Source: an uncultured Candidatus Saccharibacteria bacterium (GTDB lineage: Bacteria > Patescibacteriota > Doudnabacteria > UBA920 > O2-02-FULL-48-8). From it: a stretch of 49,664 nt of DNA. The stretch covers positions 1 through 49,664 of the forward strand of contig CAZOKE010000004.1 in the NCBI GenBank assembly GCA_964580495.1, given 5' to 3'. The position numbers were made by a program, and so were the translations under genes. The notes beneath the pieces were generated by a model. The model worked only from the letters and a program-made list of their open reading frames with translations, did not search any database and was not told the origin of the DNA. Of this stretch, positions 26,690-36,207 are shown piece after piece. How positions within the stretch are numbered: position 1 is the first letter of the stretch; each line of letters starts with the position of its first letter.

Positions 26690-28846
26690 ATGGCAAAAGC
26701 CACAATGACCAAGGCAACCAAGCCTAGTGTTAGAAAAATCAAAGTCGAAACCAAAATTGAAAAAAGAATGGATGGGATCAGGCCCGCAATTTCTATAATC
26801 GTGGCCATGGCCATGCTGGTGCTTGTGGTCTCCCCAATGATTGCCTTTGCTAACGTGGGATCGATCACGATTTCAGGAATCACTGGTTCTGGCACAGGTC
26901 CTTATATCGCGAATGGAACTTGGTTACCACAAGGAAATCAATGCTGGGAATCTTCACATGGAGGAACTTTCCATTATCAGGTAGAAGTTTTTGAGGATTT
27001 GAATGGCGACAACACATTTACTGCCGGTGTCGATAAGGTCCTTCAGACCGTATCTCCTGCAGCTTGCAACGGTCAATTTACATCACCTGTTTCTGATAGC
27101 AATAAGGATTTAGGAGGCAATTGGCCAGCTTCTGGCCAAAGTGCGGACCAAACATTTGATCTTGCTGTCGGCTCTCATACAATTTGCGCGGTTTTGATCC
27201 ATGTGAATTCCAACGGCAATGATATTGGCAGCACAAGCACATGTATGTCTCATCCGATTGTCATTCCACCTCCGACCACAAATTATACTTTGAACGTGAC
27301 TATTGCATCCGCAGGGACTGGATCTGGAACTGTAACGACTGATGTCGGGGGAGTAAACTGTTCACCGACGTGCACAGGAACTTACCCTTCTGGCACCGCA
27401 GTGGTCCTTACTGCCACAGCCGCTAGCGGTTCGCATTTTGTGGGATGGTCCCAAGACTGTTCCGGCACCAATGACACCTGTAATTTGACAATGGACGCTG
27501 TAAAAAATGTCACTGCTCAGTTTGATTTGGACCCAGTAACTCCTCCCACAACTTCTTCTGATCTGGCTGTGAGTAAAAAAGTTGATAATGCTAGCCCAAA
27601 TGTGGGTGACACTCTGAAATACACAATCACTGTCACAAACAACGGGCCGGATGCGGCTTCAAATATTTCCGTAAACGATTTATTGCCTTTAAATGTCACG
27701 TATGTTTCGGATGATTCCAATGGAGCATATGTCAGGGGGACAGGAATTTGGACCATCACTAGTTTGGCCAACGGTGCTTCGGCAACCTTGAATATCACTG
27801 TCACTGTAAATGCCCTGACTGCCGGTAGCAATTCAAATACAATAACCAATACCGCTTGCGCAAACTTGGCAACTGATCCAAACTCGGCGAACAATTGCGC
27901 CAGCGCCGTTTCGACAGTGCAAGTGCCCGTAGTTAACCCTGCTCCGTCTAAACCAGTTGTCACGGCCCCAAGCTGCAGCAATGTTCCTTATACCGTAACT
28001 ATTACTTGGACCGGGACTCCGGATCCGACCAATGGTTTCTATGTAGATGTCAGCGCGGATAATTTTGCGACTTATTGGAATAAGCAAGTTTCGGGCACGA
28101 CTTTCTCAACTGACGCCTTGACCGGATTTGCTGCATCGACTTCATTTCCGCCGATTGGAAAGATGGAACTGGATCCAGGTACCAATTATCAGACCCGAGT
28201 TTATAATGGTCAGCACAGCGATCCCGCAATCTTTATGGTTCCGACCTGCCCAACAGATGGCGGTGGGGGTAGTGGTCCGGCTACTGCCACTTTGACTGTA
28301 AAAAAACAGGTTATCAATAATGGCGGGGGGACCAAATCTGCCTCCGATTTCTCATTAACAGTTAATGGTGTGACTGTCAGTCAACCAAACCCATTCCCAG
28401 GCAATGAGACTGGTACGGCTCTGACCGTGATTTCATTTGGTGATTATAACGTGACAGAAACTACAACTGCCGATTATACCGCGACTTATTCTGCGGATTG
28501 CAATGGCACCATTGCAGCCGGAGACAATAAAGTGTGCACCGTAACCAATACATTTAAAGCTCCAATCATAACCACTGGTGGTGGTGGCGGCGGCGGAGCA
28601 GTTTTGCTTCCTCCAAGTACCGGCGGTGGTGGGGGAGCAGTAATCTTGCCTCCACCAACTCCAGCTCCCCAAGGGCAAGTTTTGGGAGTGTCCACTAATG
28701 CTCCAGCCCCGACTCCGACACACGGCAAAGTTTTGGGCGCGACCTTACCGAGAACCGGTTTGCCGGGATGGATGGTGGAACTTATACTTATGTTTTCCAT
28801 TGGACTCGTATACTCCAGACAATTGCTGAAAGTAGTTGCACGATAA
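26690..28846 (+). CDS. cell-surface protein with InlB-B-like and DUF11 domains and an LPXTG (LPRTG) sorting signal
   Basis: TAVVLTATAASGSHFVGWS; DLAVSKKVDNASPNVGDTLKYTITVTNNGP; LPRTG followed by a TM segment and basic tail. Confidence 0.82.
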   Translation: MAKATMTKATKPSVRKIKVETKIEKRMDGIRPAISIIVAMAMLVLVVSPMIAFANVGSITISGITGSGTGPYIANGTWLPQGNQCWESSHGGTFHYQVEVFEDLNGDNTFTAGVDKVLQTVSPAACNGQFTSPVSDSNKDLGGNWPASGQSADQTFDLAVGSHTICAVLIHVNSNGNDIGSTSTCMSHPIVIPPPTTNYTLNVTIASAGTGSGTVTTDVGGVNCSPTCTGTYPSGTAVVLTATAASGSHFVGWSQDCSGTNDTCNLTMDAVKNVTAQFDLDPVTPPTTSSDLAVSKKVDNASPNVGDTLKYTITVTNNGPDAASNISVNDLLPLNVTYVSDDSNGAYVRGTGIWTITSLANGASATLNITVTVNALTAGSNSNTITNTACANLATDPNSANNCASAVSTVQVPVVNPAPSKPVVTAPSCSNVPYTVTITWTGTPDPTNGFYVDVSADNFATYWNKQVSGTTFSTDALTGFAASTSFPPIGKMELDPGTNYQTRVYNGQHSDPAIFMVPTCPTDGGGGSGPATATLTVKKQVINNGGGTKSASDFSLTVNGVTVSQPNPFPGNETGTALTVISFGDYNVTETTTADYTATYSADCNGTIAAGDNKVCTVTNTFKAPIITTGGGGGGGAVLLPPSTGGGGGAVILPPPTPAPQGQVLGVSTNAPAPTPTHGKVLGATLPRTGLPGWMVELILMFSIGLVYSRQLLKVVAR

Positions 28847-28902
28847 TTACAGAAAAACCGCGAGTAGTAAAATACTCGCGGTTTTGTTATGCTTGTATTC
28901 GT

Positions 28903-29021
28903 AACCCCTCTGTCCGACTTCGCTAAAAGCTTCGTCGGACATCTCCCCTTATCCTAAGGGGAGAAATAAAAAACATCTCCTCTTAAGATAAGAGGAGGTG
29001 GCGCGAAGCGCCGGAGGAGTT
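28903..29021. repeat. composite REP-like palindromic element
   Basis: tgtccgac..gtcggaca, tctcccctta..taaggggaga, ctcctctta..taagaggag, ggcgc-gaa-gcgcc. Confidence 0.65.
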
Positions 29022-29029
29022 ATGATTCA

Positions 29030-29617
29030 ATGATAAATATGAGGAATTTTTTAAAACAAGCTGGAAAAATTTTATTAGTCCTGATCTGTGCCGGGATTGT
29101 GCTGGCGATTTTGAATTTCGGCTTTGTCTGGCAAAATTTAAGTTATTGGATCCACAAACCGCAGCCAGCGACAGAAACCGTTAATTTGGACACACCGAAC
29201 CGGCTTAGGATTGCCAGCCTAAATTTAGATTTGCCAGTGGTGTACGTGGATAAAGTTTCTGAAACTGATTTCCAAAAAGCTCTGACCCAGGGTGTGGTGC
29301 ATTATCCGGGCACGGCCCTGCCCGGGCAAGCCGGCAATGTTTATATATTCGGGCATTCATCTGACTTTCTTTGGGTTAAATCCGAATACAAGACCGCATT
29401 TGCTACGCTGCCGCATATTGCCATTGGCGACATTATAAACATTACGGATAGCGCAGGAAAAGTTTTTGAATATGTTGTGAACCAAAAGAAAATTGTCTCG
29501 CCAAATGATACTTCTGTCTTAGCCCAAGATCCAAACCAATATGTTTTGACCTTGCAAACCTCGTATCCGGTGGGGACGGCGCTGCGCCGCTACGTGGTTG
29601 TAGCCAAGTTGAAATAA
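29030..29617 (+). CDS. sortase (class D/E-like) with Ser at the catalytic Cys position
   Basis: GVVHYPGT.LPG..GNVYIFGHSS; LTLQTSYPVGTALRRYVV. Confidence 0.88.
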   Translation: MINMRNFLKQAGKILLVLICAGIVLAILNFGFVWQNLSYWIHKPQPATETVNLDTPNRLRIASLNLDLPVVYVDKVSETDFQKALTQGVVHYPGTALPGQAGNVYIFGHSSDFLWVKSEYKTAFATLPHIAIGDIINITDSAGKVFEYVVNQKKIVSPNDTSVLAQDPNQYVLTLQTSYPVGTALRRYVVVAKLK

Positions 29618-29698
29618 CCATGCTCCCCAAATGCCAGGCTTAGGTGCCTGGCTTTTTTTGCGAGTTTATGGTGTATATTGCCAAATTTTTTGCCAGCA

Positions 29699-29737
29699 AT
29701 TCGTAACAAATGTCTATATTCCTCGATTTAGTACCTG
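29699..29737 (+). promoter_or_regulatory. conserved upstream motif, copy 2
   Basis: ATTCGTAACAaATGTCT..TCGAT....TACCTG. Confidence 0.5.
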
Positions 29738-29785
29738 GTATAATTAAGCGTAAGCTATAAATCATTAATTTTTAAGGGATAAATT

Positions 29786-31666
29786 ATGAGAAAAACCGCG
29801 ATTTTGGCGGGTTTGATGCTTATCGCCGCAACTTTTGCCCAAGCAGCTGTTACGGTTGATGTTGCTCCCGTCTCACTCGTTACATCCCCAATTACGGTGG
29901 CTGCTTCCAGCCAGCCGGTGGGGTTATTTTCGTTCGCACTGACAGGCACTGCGGGCGAAACACTGTCATCAGTGGTTGTAACTCTAAACCCAATGACTGG
30001 GTCCACAGTTTCCGGCTCGGACATTGCGTCCTTGGCCGTATACAAAGATGACGGCAACGGGATTTTTGGTTCAGGCGATGTGGTTGCAGGCTCTCAAACC
30101 ACGGTCAATGTCGGCACACCAACGACTATTACCGTCAGCAGCAACAATGCTCTGACCACCAGCACTCGATTTTTTGTGGCCATGTCCACGGGTTCGACCT
30201 GGGGCACTGCCTCAACGCCGGACAGCCTGACCGCGACTTTGGGTACTACCGCAATTTCGACGTCGGCTAATTCTCCGACTGTGACCGCAGTCACAACCAG
30301 CACAGTTTCTTCGCAAGCTACAGTGCCGTCATTAAATTCGGCTGTAGCTTCCAACACTTCAGGCAATAAGTCAGTTGTTTTGACCTTTAGTTCGGCTACA
30401 AATTCGCCAACGATCAATGCCAGCAACATCAACTCAACATTGATGCTGAACAATTCCCATTCTTGGCTCGATGGCAATGGCCAAATCGGCACCAATACCT
30501 GGAGCTCCGATGGAAAGACGCTAACCGTAAACTTAACGAGCAATGTTTCTGCTCCAACTTTAGCAGTTGGCGATACTGTTACCCTTTCCGGCAGTGTGAT
30601 CAAAGATATCACTTCCAGCAACAATGCCACCGGCTCAACCACTATTAGCGGCAGCTTGGTAGCTCCGGCTACTCCTACGCTGTCTGCAGCGGTTGCGTCC
30701 AACACCGGCAACAATACCGGATTGGGAGCAGGGGATTCCGTGGCGCTGACTTTCAGTTCCGCCACCAATGCTCCGGCAATCACCGCCTCAAATATCAATA
30801 CGGTTCTGGCTCTCAATAATTCCCATTCCTGGCTTGATGGCGCCAGCCAAATCGGCTCGGCAACCTGGAGCACGGATGCCAAAACTTTGACAGTTACTTT
30901 GTCTGCAGGGACTTCTGCCCCGACCGTGGCAGTAGGCGATGTCGTTACTGTCGGCGGTTCAGTGATTAAGGATCCTACCAACACCAACAACGCCACCGGC
31001 AATGCCACAATCAGCGGTAACTTCTCCGGTTCGACCAACAATCAGCAAGGCGATGACAACGAGAATGAAAGAGACAATGACGAAGGCGAAGGCAGGGCCT
31101 GCCCCAACACTCTGATCAATGGACTTCTCTATAAGACTGCGGATAGCCCGACCGTTTATTTGGCAGCTGATTGCAGGCTCAAACCTTTCCGCGGCGCGGC
31201 AGTGTTTCATGCTCGCGGCCATAAATTCCAAAACATCATAGTTCTGCAATCTTTGACCGGCTTGACTGTTTCGCAGCAGCCAGCCCTGCCGGCAACCGGC
31301 ACCCTGGTCAAAGGCTCGGATAAAACCGTATGGTTTGTAGAAACCGGCCACAAGCGCAAAGGATTTGCTTCGGCCCAGGCTTTCCTGGGGCTCGGCTTCA
31401 ACTTCGGACAGGTCTCGCAGATTTCCGACAGCGACCTCAACACCATGCCCACAGATCCTAATCCGATCCTGAATGCGACCCAGCACCCTGATGGAGCTTT
31501 GGTGCGCTGCACCACTTCACCAACGGTCGGCCAAATTTCCGGCTCCACAGTTGTGCCGTTTGCCAATTCCGATGCGTTCACGCTTCGCGGCCATACATTC
31601 CAGCAAGTGGCCACAATCAATTGCGCTGTGTTCCACTACGTGCAAAGCGCTCCTGTTTCGCAATAA
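29786..31666 (+). CDS. secreted Ser/Thr-rich surface protein with duplicated Ig-like domain and three C-terminal repeats
   Basis: Signal peptide; two NNSHSWLDG..IG...WS.D.KTLTV units; three G.LVK...TV...F....F..GH.F repeats. Confidence 0.8.
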   Translation: MRKTAILAGLMLIAATFAQAAVTVDVAPVSLVTSPITVAASSQPVGLFSFALTGTAGETLSSVVVTLNPMTGSTVSGSDIASLAVYKDDGNGIFGSGDVVAGSQTTVNVGTPTTITVSSNNALTTSTRFFVAMSTGSTWGTASTPDSLTATLGTTAISTSANSPTVTAVTTSTVSSQATVPSLNSAVASNTSGNKSVVLTFSSATNSPTINASNINSTLMLNNSHSWLDGNGQIGTNTWSSDGKTLTVNLTSNVSAPTLAVGDTVTLSGSVIKDITSSNNATGSTTISGSLVAPATPTLSAAVASNTGNNTGLGAGDSVALTFSSATNAPAITASNINTVLALNNSHSWLDGASQIGSATWSTDAKTLTVTLSAGTSAPTVAVGDVVTVGGSVIKDPTNTNNATGNATISGNFSGSTNNQQGDDNENERDNDEGEGRACPNTLINGLLYKTADSPTVYLAADCRLKPFRGAAVFHARGHKFQNIIVLQSLTGLTVSQQPALPATGTLVKGSDKTVWFVETGHKRKGFASAQAFLGLGFNFGQVSQISDSDLNTMPTDPNPILNATQHPDGALVRCTTSPTVGQISGSTVVPFANSDAFTLRGHTFQQVATINCAVFHYVQSAPVSQ

Positions 31667-31727
31667 TTGCTAGATCAAAAGCGGTCTCGCTTTCCTAAAG
31701 CGAGGCCGTTTTTTGTTTTTGCCCAAT

Positions 31728-31754
31728 TTAGCACTTGACAAGGTTGAGTGCTAA
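31728..31754 (+). promoter_or_regulatory. CIRCE element 1, overlapping the -35 box
   Basis: TTAGCACTT-N9-GAGTGCTAA; promoter TTGACA(31735)-17-TAGAAT(31758). Confidence 0.92.
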
Positions 31755-31773
31755 TTTTAGAATGTATTATAGA

Positions 31774-31800
31774 CTAGCACTCTGGATTAAAGAGTGCTAA
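31774..31800 (+). promoter_or_regulatory. CIRCE element 2
   Basis: CTAGCACTC-N9-GAGTGCTAA. Confidence 0.92.
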
Positions 31801-31891
31801 AAATCCTATTACTTCTCCCCTGTGTGTTTCGTTAATATGCCACTGGCATATTAACTCTCCTGGGAGGAGAGGGAGTTCTAAGCAGAATAAT

Positions 31892-32623
31892 ATGGAAATA
31901 AGGCATCAAAAAATTCTCGCGGCTATCGTCAAAGAATACTCGGAAACCGCGCAGCCGGTCGGCAGCAAGGAAATCGTAGATAAATATAACCTCAAGTTCA
32001 GTTCCGCCACGATCCGCCACGACATGGCCGAATTGGAGAAGCAGGGTTACATCATGCAGCCGCATAAATCCGCAGGCCGGGTACCTACCGATAAAGGCTA
32101 CCGTTTTTTCATCAACGAGTTGATGCGCCGCTTTGAGCTTTCCGAACGGGAGCGCAAGCTGCTGCGCGAGGAAGTCCAAAAGCTTAAGGTCGTGCATGAA
32201 CAGCTGGGCCGCTCAATTTCCAATTTGCTGGCCCAGGTTTCCGGCCAGGCCGCGTTTGCGCTTTTGCCGAACGAGAGCTCGGCCACCGGATTGTCGAAAA
32301 TTATCGGCGAGCCGGAATTTGTGGATGCGAAAAACGTCAAGAACGTCGCGGAATTTTTTGAAAACATCGACGAGTACTCCAACAAATTCATCAAAAAATC
32401 CGATATTAGCGCCGAAGCTCTGCTGGGAGGGGAAACGCCACTGCCAGTGCCCAAGAATTTAAGCCTGGTGGTGTCCAATGTCAAAATGAAAGGCGGCAAA
32501 CAGGGGGTGATCGGCATAGTCGGCCCCAAACGCATGAGTTATGCCAAAAATTTGTCGCTGCTGGAATATCTTGCCAAATTAATTTCCGGCACAGCTATAA
32601 TTATTTTGATATTAAGTAGGTAG
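31892..32623 (+). CDS. hrcA: heat-inducible transcription repressor HrcA (short form)
   Basis: PVGSK, SSATIRHDMAELE, PHKSAGRVPTDKGYR, GIVGPKRMSY; CIRCE upstream. Confidence 0.93.
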   Translation: MEIRHQKILAAIVKEYSETAQPVGSKEIVDKYNLKFSSATIRHDMAELEKQGYIMQPHKSAGRVPTDKGYRFFINELMRRFELSERERKLLREEVQKLKVVHEQLGRSISNLLAQVSGQAAFALLPNESSATGLSKIIGEPEFVDAKNVKNVAEFFENIDEYSNKFIKKSDISAEALLGGETPLPVPKNLSLVVSNVKMKGGKQGVIGIVGPKRMSYAKNLSLLEYLAKLISGTAIIILILSR

Positions 32624-32655
32624 CTTCTTGAAATTTATCGGTTTAGAATCAATTT

Positions 32656-33156
32656 ATGGAAGAAAATAATTCAATTCAGACCCCTACAGATAATGCTTTT
32701 GAACCTATTGAATTGTCCAAAGAAGAGCTTTTGGAAAACTGGAAGCGCGCCGCCGCAGATTTTGAAAATTTCAAGAAACGAAAAGAAGCGGAAAATGCCG
32801 AACTGGTGCAATTCGCCAAAGAGCTGACGGTTTCCAAGCTTATGCCGAGCCTACAGAATCTGGAAGCCGTGCTCAAATACGCTCCGGATGATGACAAGTA
32901 CAAAGATTGGTTAGCCGGGCTCAAAGCAACCATAGTCCAGTTGGAAAAAGACATGGAAGAGCTAGGACTCAAGAAGATAAAAACAGTAGGCGAACAGTTT
33001 GATCCAGGCAAACATGAGGCTGTGGAAGAAGTCGATGGGGAAGCGGGAGTAGTCGTGAAGGAAATCCAGCCAGGGTTTATTTTGAATGATAAAGTAATTA
33101 TTCCGGCCAAGGTGGCTGTCGGTAAGCGTTCGGGAGAGCACGTTTCGGATATATAG
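32656..33156 (+). CDS. grpE: nucleotide exchange factor GrpE
   Basis: RAAADFENFKKR, FDPGKHEAV, GF.L..KVI.PAKV. Confidence 0.95.
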   Translation: MEENNSIQTPTDNAFEPIELSKEELLENWKRAAADFENFKKRKEAENAELVQFAKELTVSKLMPSLQNLEAVLKYAPDDDKYKDWLAGLKATIVQLEKDMEELGLKKIKTVGEQFDPGKHEAVEEVDGEAGVVVKEIQPGFILNDKVIIPAKVAVGKRSGEHVSDI

Positions 33157-33200
33157 GGGTAATTAAATAATTAAGCCCAATAGGGCAGAAAGGAGTAATT

Positions 33201-33617
33201 ATGACAAATTTAGTAAGATGGGAACCATTCAGGGAACTGGAACGAATGTTTGATGAAGATACATTTGCTCCAATGTTTCGCACAATGCGTTCTCCGGCAG
33301 TTGATCTATACGAAACTGACAACGAAGTTGTAGCCGAGGTCTCGATTCCGGGAATGGATGCCAAAAAGGTTGATGTGGAAATCGAAAATAACGTGCTCCA
33401 TATCCGATCAAACGACGAGCAGGTTTCGGAAGACAAAGGCAAGGACTATTACCGCAAGGAAGTCCGCCGAGGTATGTTTGCCCGTTCGATTGCCCTGCCA
33501 ACCGAGGTTGATTCAGATAAGGTCACTGCCACTTCCGAAAAAGGCATCCTCAAGATTGTCATGCCAAAATCGGAAAAGGTAAAACCCAAGAAAGTGGCAA
33601 TTGATATTAAGGATTAA
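33201..33617 (+). CDS. Hsp20/alpha-crystallin small heat shock protein
   Basis: PAVDLYET, F.RSI.LP, GILKIVMPK. Confidence 0.93.
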   Translation: MTNLVRWEPFRELERMFDEDTFAPMFRTMRSPAVDLYETDNEVVAEVSIPGMDAKKVDVEIENNVLHIRSNDEQVSEDKGKDYYRKEVRRGMFARSIALPTEVDSDKVTATSEKGILKIVMPKSEKVKPKKVAIDIKD

Positions 33618-33656
33618 AAAAAGGCCATGAAATCTGATGAATCAGATTTCATGGCC
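33616..33656 (-). terminator. perfect 16-bp inverted repeat; terminator for the minus-strand gene
   Basis: GGCCATGAAATCTGAT-ga-ATCAGATTTCATGGCC with an A7 tract on its left. Confidence 0.65.
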
Positions 33657-33801
33657 GGTGCGGCGAGTTTATAAAGTCTTGTAAGCTCGCTTTTCCGGAA
33701 AAAATAAGCCAGCAAAGGATCAACATAGAACAGACGAAGGCAAACGGAAGAAAACAAATCAAGATGACCAGGGTGAAAACCCTCTGGGATCTAAACTCCA
33801 T
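33649..33801 (-). CDS. small membrane peptide (50 aa), antisense within the heat-shock operon
   Basis: AAGGAGG SD; MEFRSQRVFTLVILICFLPFAFVCSMLILCWLIFSGKASLQDFINSPHRP*. Confidence 0.55.
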   Translation of the reverse strand: MEFRSQRVFTLVILICFLPFAFVCSMLILCWLIFSGKASLQDFINSPHRP

Positions 33802-33890
33802 TATTCCTCCTTCGTACATAGTTTAACATATAACTCTAATAAAAAGCACGGTTCGTTTAAAGAAATAATCTAAGAGAAAGGAACTAATTT

Positions 33891-35759
33891 ATGCCAAAAA
33901 TAATCGGAATCGATTTGGGTACCTCAAACTCAGCCGCCTCTGTTATGGAAGCAGGCAGTCCGGTAATTATTCCATCCGCAGAAGGCCAGACAATGGCCGG
34001 CAAAGCATTCCCGTCATACGTCGCTTTTACCAAAGACGGGCAGCTCCTGGTGGGAGAGCCAGCTCGGCGCCAGGCTGTGACCAATCCGGAAGGTACGGCG
34101 TTTGAGTTCAAGAGAAAAATGGGCACCAACTTCAAATACAATCTGGGCGGCAAAGAGTACACTCCGGAACAACTCTCAGCTTTCTTGTTGCAGAAAATCA
34201 AGAAAGATGCGGAAGCTTATTTGGGCCAACCAGTTACCAAAGCCGTTATTACAGTGCCGGCTTACTTTGATGATTCCCAGCGGCAAGCCACCAAAAACGC
34301 GGGAGAGATTGCAGGATTGGAAGTCGTTCGGGTCATTAACGAACCGACTGCCGCGGCTTTTGCTTACGGATTGGACAAATCCGGCAAAGACCAGAAAATT
34401 CTGGTGTTCGACCTCGGCGGCGGAACGCTGGATGTCACGATCATGGACTTCGGCGAGGCTGACGGCCAGGCGACATTTGAAGTGCTGTCGACTTCCGGGG
34501 ATACCCAGCTTGGCGGCAAGGATATGGATTCAGCGCTTATCAACTATGTCGTTTCCGAATTCAAGCGCGAAACCGGATTGGATCTAAGCAATGATAAAAT
34601 GGCTATGAACCGCGTGCGCGAAGCCGTAGAAAAAGCCAAAATCGAACTTTCGACTGTGCTTGAAACTGACATTAACTTGCCGTTTATTTCGGCAGATGCT
34701 TCCGGACCCAAGCATTTGAACATGAAACTGACTCGGGCCAAGCTTGAGGATTTGGTCAAGCCAATCGTGGAGCGGATGAAGCAGCCGGTGGAGCAAGCTT
34801 TGTCGGATGCACATTTGACTCCGAATGATATCGGCAAAATTATTCTGGTGGGCGGCCCGACCCGCATGCCTGTGGTGCAGAAATTCGTAGAAAGCTACAT
34901 CGGCAAACAAGTTGAACGAGGCATTGATCCCATGGAAGCCGTGGCCAAGGGCGCCGCGGTCCAAGCCGGAGTTTTGTCCGGCGACGTGACCGGCAAAGAA
35001 ATTTTGCTTTTGGACGTCACTCCATTAACCTTGGGAATTGAAACTTTGGGCGGAGTGGCCACTCCTTTGATTGACCGCAATACCACCATCCCGACTTCCA
35101 AATCGCAGACATTCTCAACTGCCGCAGATAATCAAACTTCCGTGGAGATCCATGTGGTCCAGGGCGAACGGCCTATGGCAAATGATAATAAGTCACTAGG
35201 GAAGTTCCACCTGGATGGGATTCCGCCAGCGCCTCGGGGTGTGCCGCAAATTGAAGTTACTTTCGATATTGACGCCAATGGAATTCTCAAAGTTACGGCC
35301 AAAGACAAAGCAACTGGAAAAACTCAGGATATTACCATTACCGGTTCATCCAATCTCAACAAAGAAGAGATTGAGCGCATGAAAAAAGAAGCGGAAGCGC
35401 ACGCCGAAGAAGACCGCAAGCGCCGCGAAACCATAGACGCCCGCAATCAGGCCGACACTTTGATTGCCGTTTCGGAGCGCACCCTGAAAGACGCCGGAGA
35501 CAAAGCTCCGGATGCGGATAAAAAAGATGTGACCGAAAAAATAGAAGCCCTGAAGGCCGTAAAAGATAAAGAAGATTTGCAGGCTATAAAAACCGCCATG
35601 GATGCCTTGTCCAATGCGATCCAGAAGGTTGGAGCAGCCATGTACCAGCAAAATTCGGGTGCTCAACCCAATTCCGGGCCGACATCCGGCGGCCAATCAT
35701 CCGCAACCGAGCAGGGTCCGGTGGATGCCGAGTTTAAGGACGTTTCCGATAAAAAATAA
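33891..35759 (+). CDS. dnaK: chaperone DnaK
   Basis: [36 protein letters not shown]. Confidence 0.98.
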   Translation: MPKIIGIDLGTSNSAASVMEAGSPVIIPSAEGQTMAGKAFPSYVAFTKDGQLLVGEPARRQAVTNPEGTAFEFKRKMGTNFKYNLGGKEYTPEQLSAFLLQKIKKDAEAYLGQPVTKAVITVPAYFDDSQRQATKNAGEIAGLEVVRVINEPTAAAFAYGLDKSGKDQKILVFDLGGGTLDVTIMDFGEADGQATFEVLSTSGDTQLGGKDMDSALINYVVSEFKRETGLDLSNDKMAMNRVREAVEKAKIELSTVLETDINLPFISADASGPKHLNMKLTRAKLEDLVKPIVERMKQPVEQALSDAHLTPNDIGKIILVGGPTRMPVVQKFVESYIGKQVERGIDPMEAVAKGAAVQAGVLSGDVTGKEILLLDVTPLTLGIETLGGVATPLIDRNTTIPTSKSQTFSTAADNQTSVEIHVVQGERPMANDNKSLGKFHLDGIPPAPRGVPQIEVTFDIDANGILKVTAKDKATGKTQDITITGSSNLNKEEIERMKKEAEAHAEEDRKRRETIDARNQADTLIAVSERTLKDAGDKAPDADKKDVTEKIEALKAVKDKEDLQAIKTAMDALSNAIQKVGAAMYQQNSGAQPNSGPTSGGQSSATEQGPVDAEFKDVSDKK

Positions 35760-35765
35760 ATAAAT

Positions 35766-35836
35766 GCGATCCGAATTACCATCCGAATCTACAAATGATT
35801 AGTGGCATTCGGATGGTATTCGTAGATTAGGATCGC
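35766..35836. repeat. imperfect palindrome built from ccgaat/attcgg units
   Basis: gcgatcc..taccatccgaat...attcggatggta..ggatcgc. Confidence 0.55.
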
Positions 35837-35856
35837 TGAAATGAAAGGGTTTAGAT

Positions 35857-36186
35857 ATGGACCAGCAACAAAACCTCAATATAAAAATCAACGATGATGT
35901 GCTCAAAGGTACTTATGCCAATATGATGATGGTGGCGCACACCAAAGAAGAATTTGTTTTGGATTTCATGAACGTTTTTCCGCCGCAGGGGATTGTGAAT
36001 GCCAGGATTATCACAAATCCGTCTCACATCAAGCGTATCGTGGCGGCGTTGACGGACAACATCCAGAAGTATGAAGCCCAATTTGGCGCCATCAAGGACC
36101 AGCCGGCCGGGAACCAAGCTCCGACTGTGTCGGCAACTTCCGAAAAGAGTTTTGGTTTTTCAGCCGAAAGCTCCAAAAATAATTAA
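35857..36186 (+). CDS. DUF3467 family protein
   Basis: G.YAN...V.HT.EEFVLDF..RII..P.H.KR...AL..NI..YE..FG.I. Confidence 0.85.
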   Translation: MDQQQNLNIKINDDVLKGTYANMMMVAHTKEEFVLDFMNVFPPQGIVNARIITNPSHIKRIVAALTDNIQKYEAQFGAIKDQPAGNQAPTVSATSEKSFGFSAESSKNN

Positions 36187-36207
36187 GCCCAGACTTAAAT
36201 AAATTAA

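Noticed and set aside
30094-31041. 315-aa minus-strand ORF, and similar long antisense ORFs over uvrA, uvrC, dnaJ and dus
   Set aside because: Shadow frames of well-supported genes on the opposite strand
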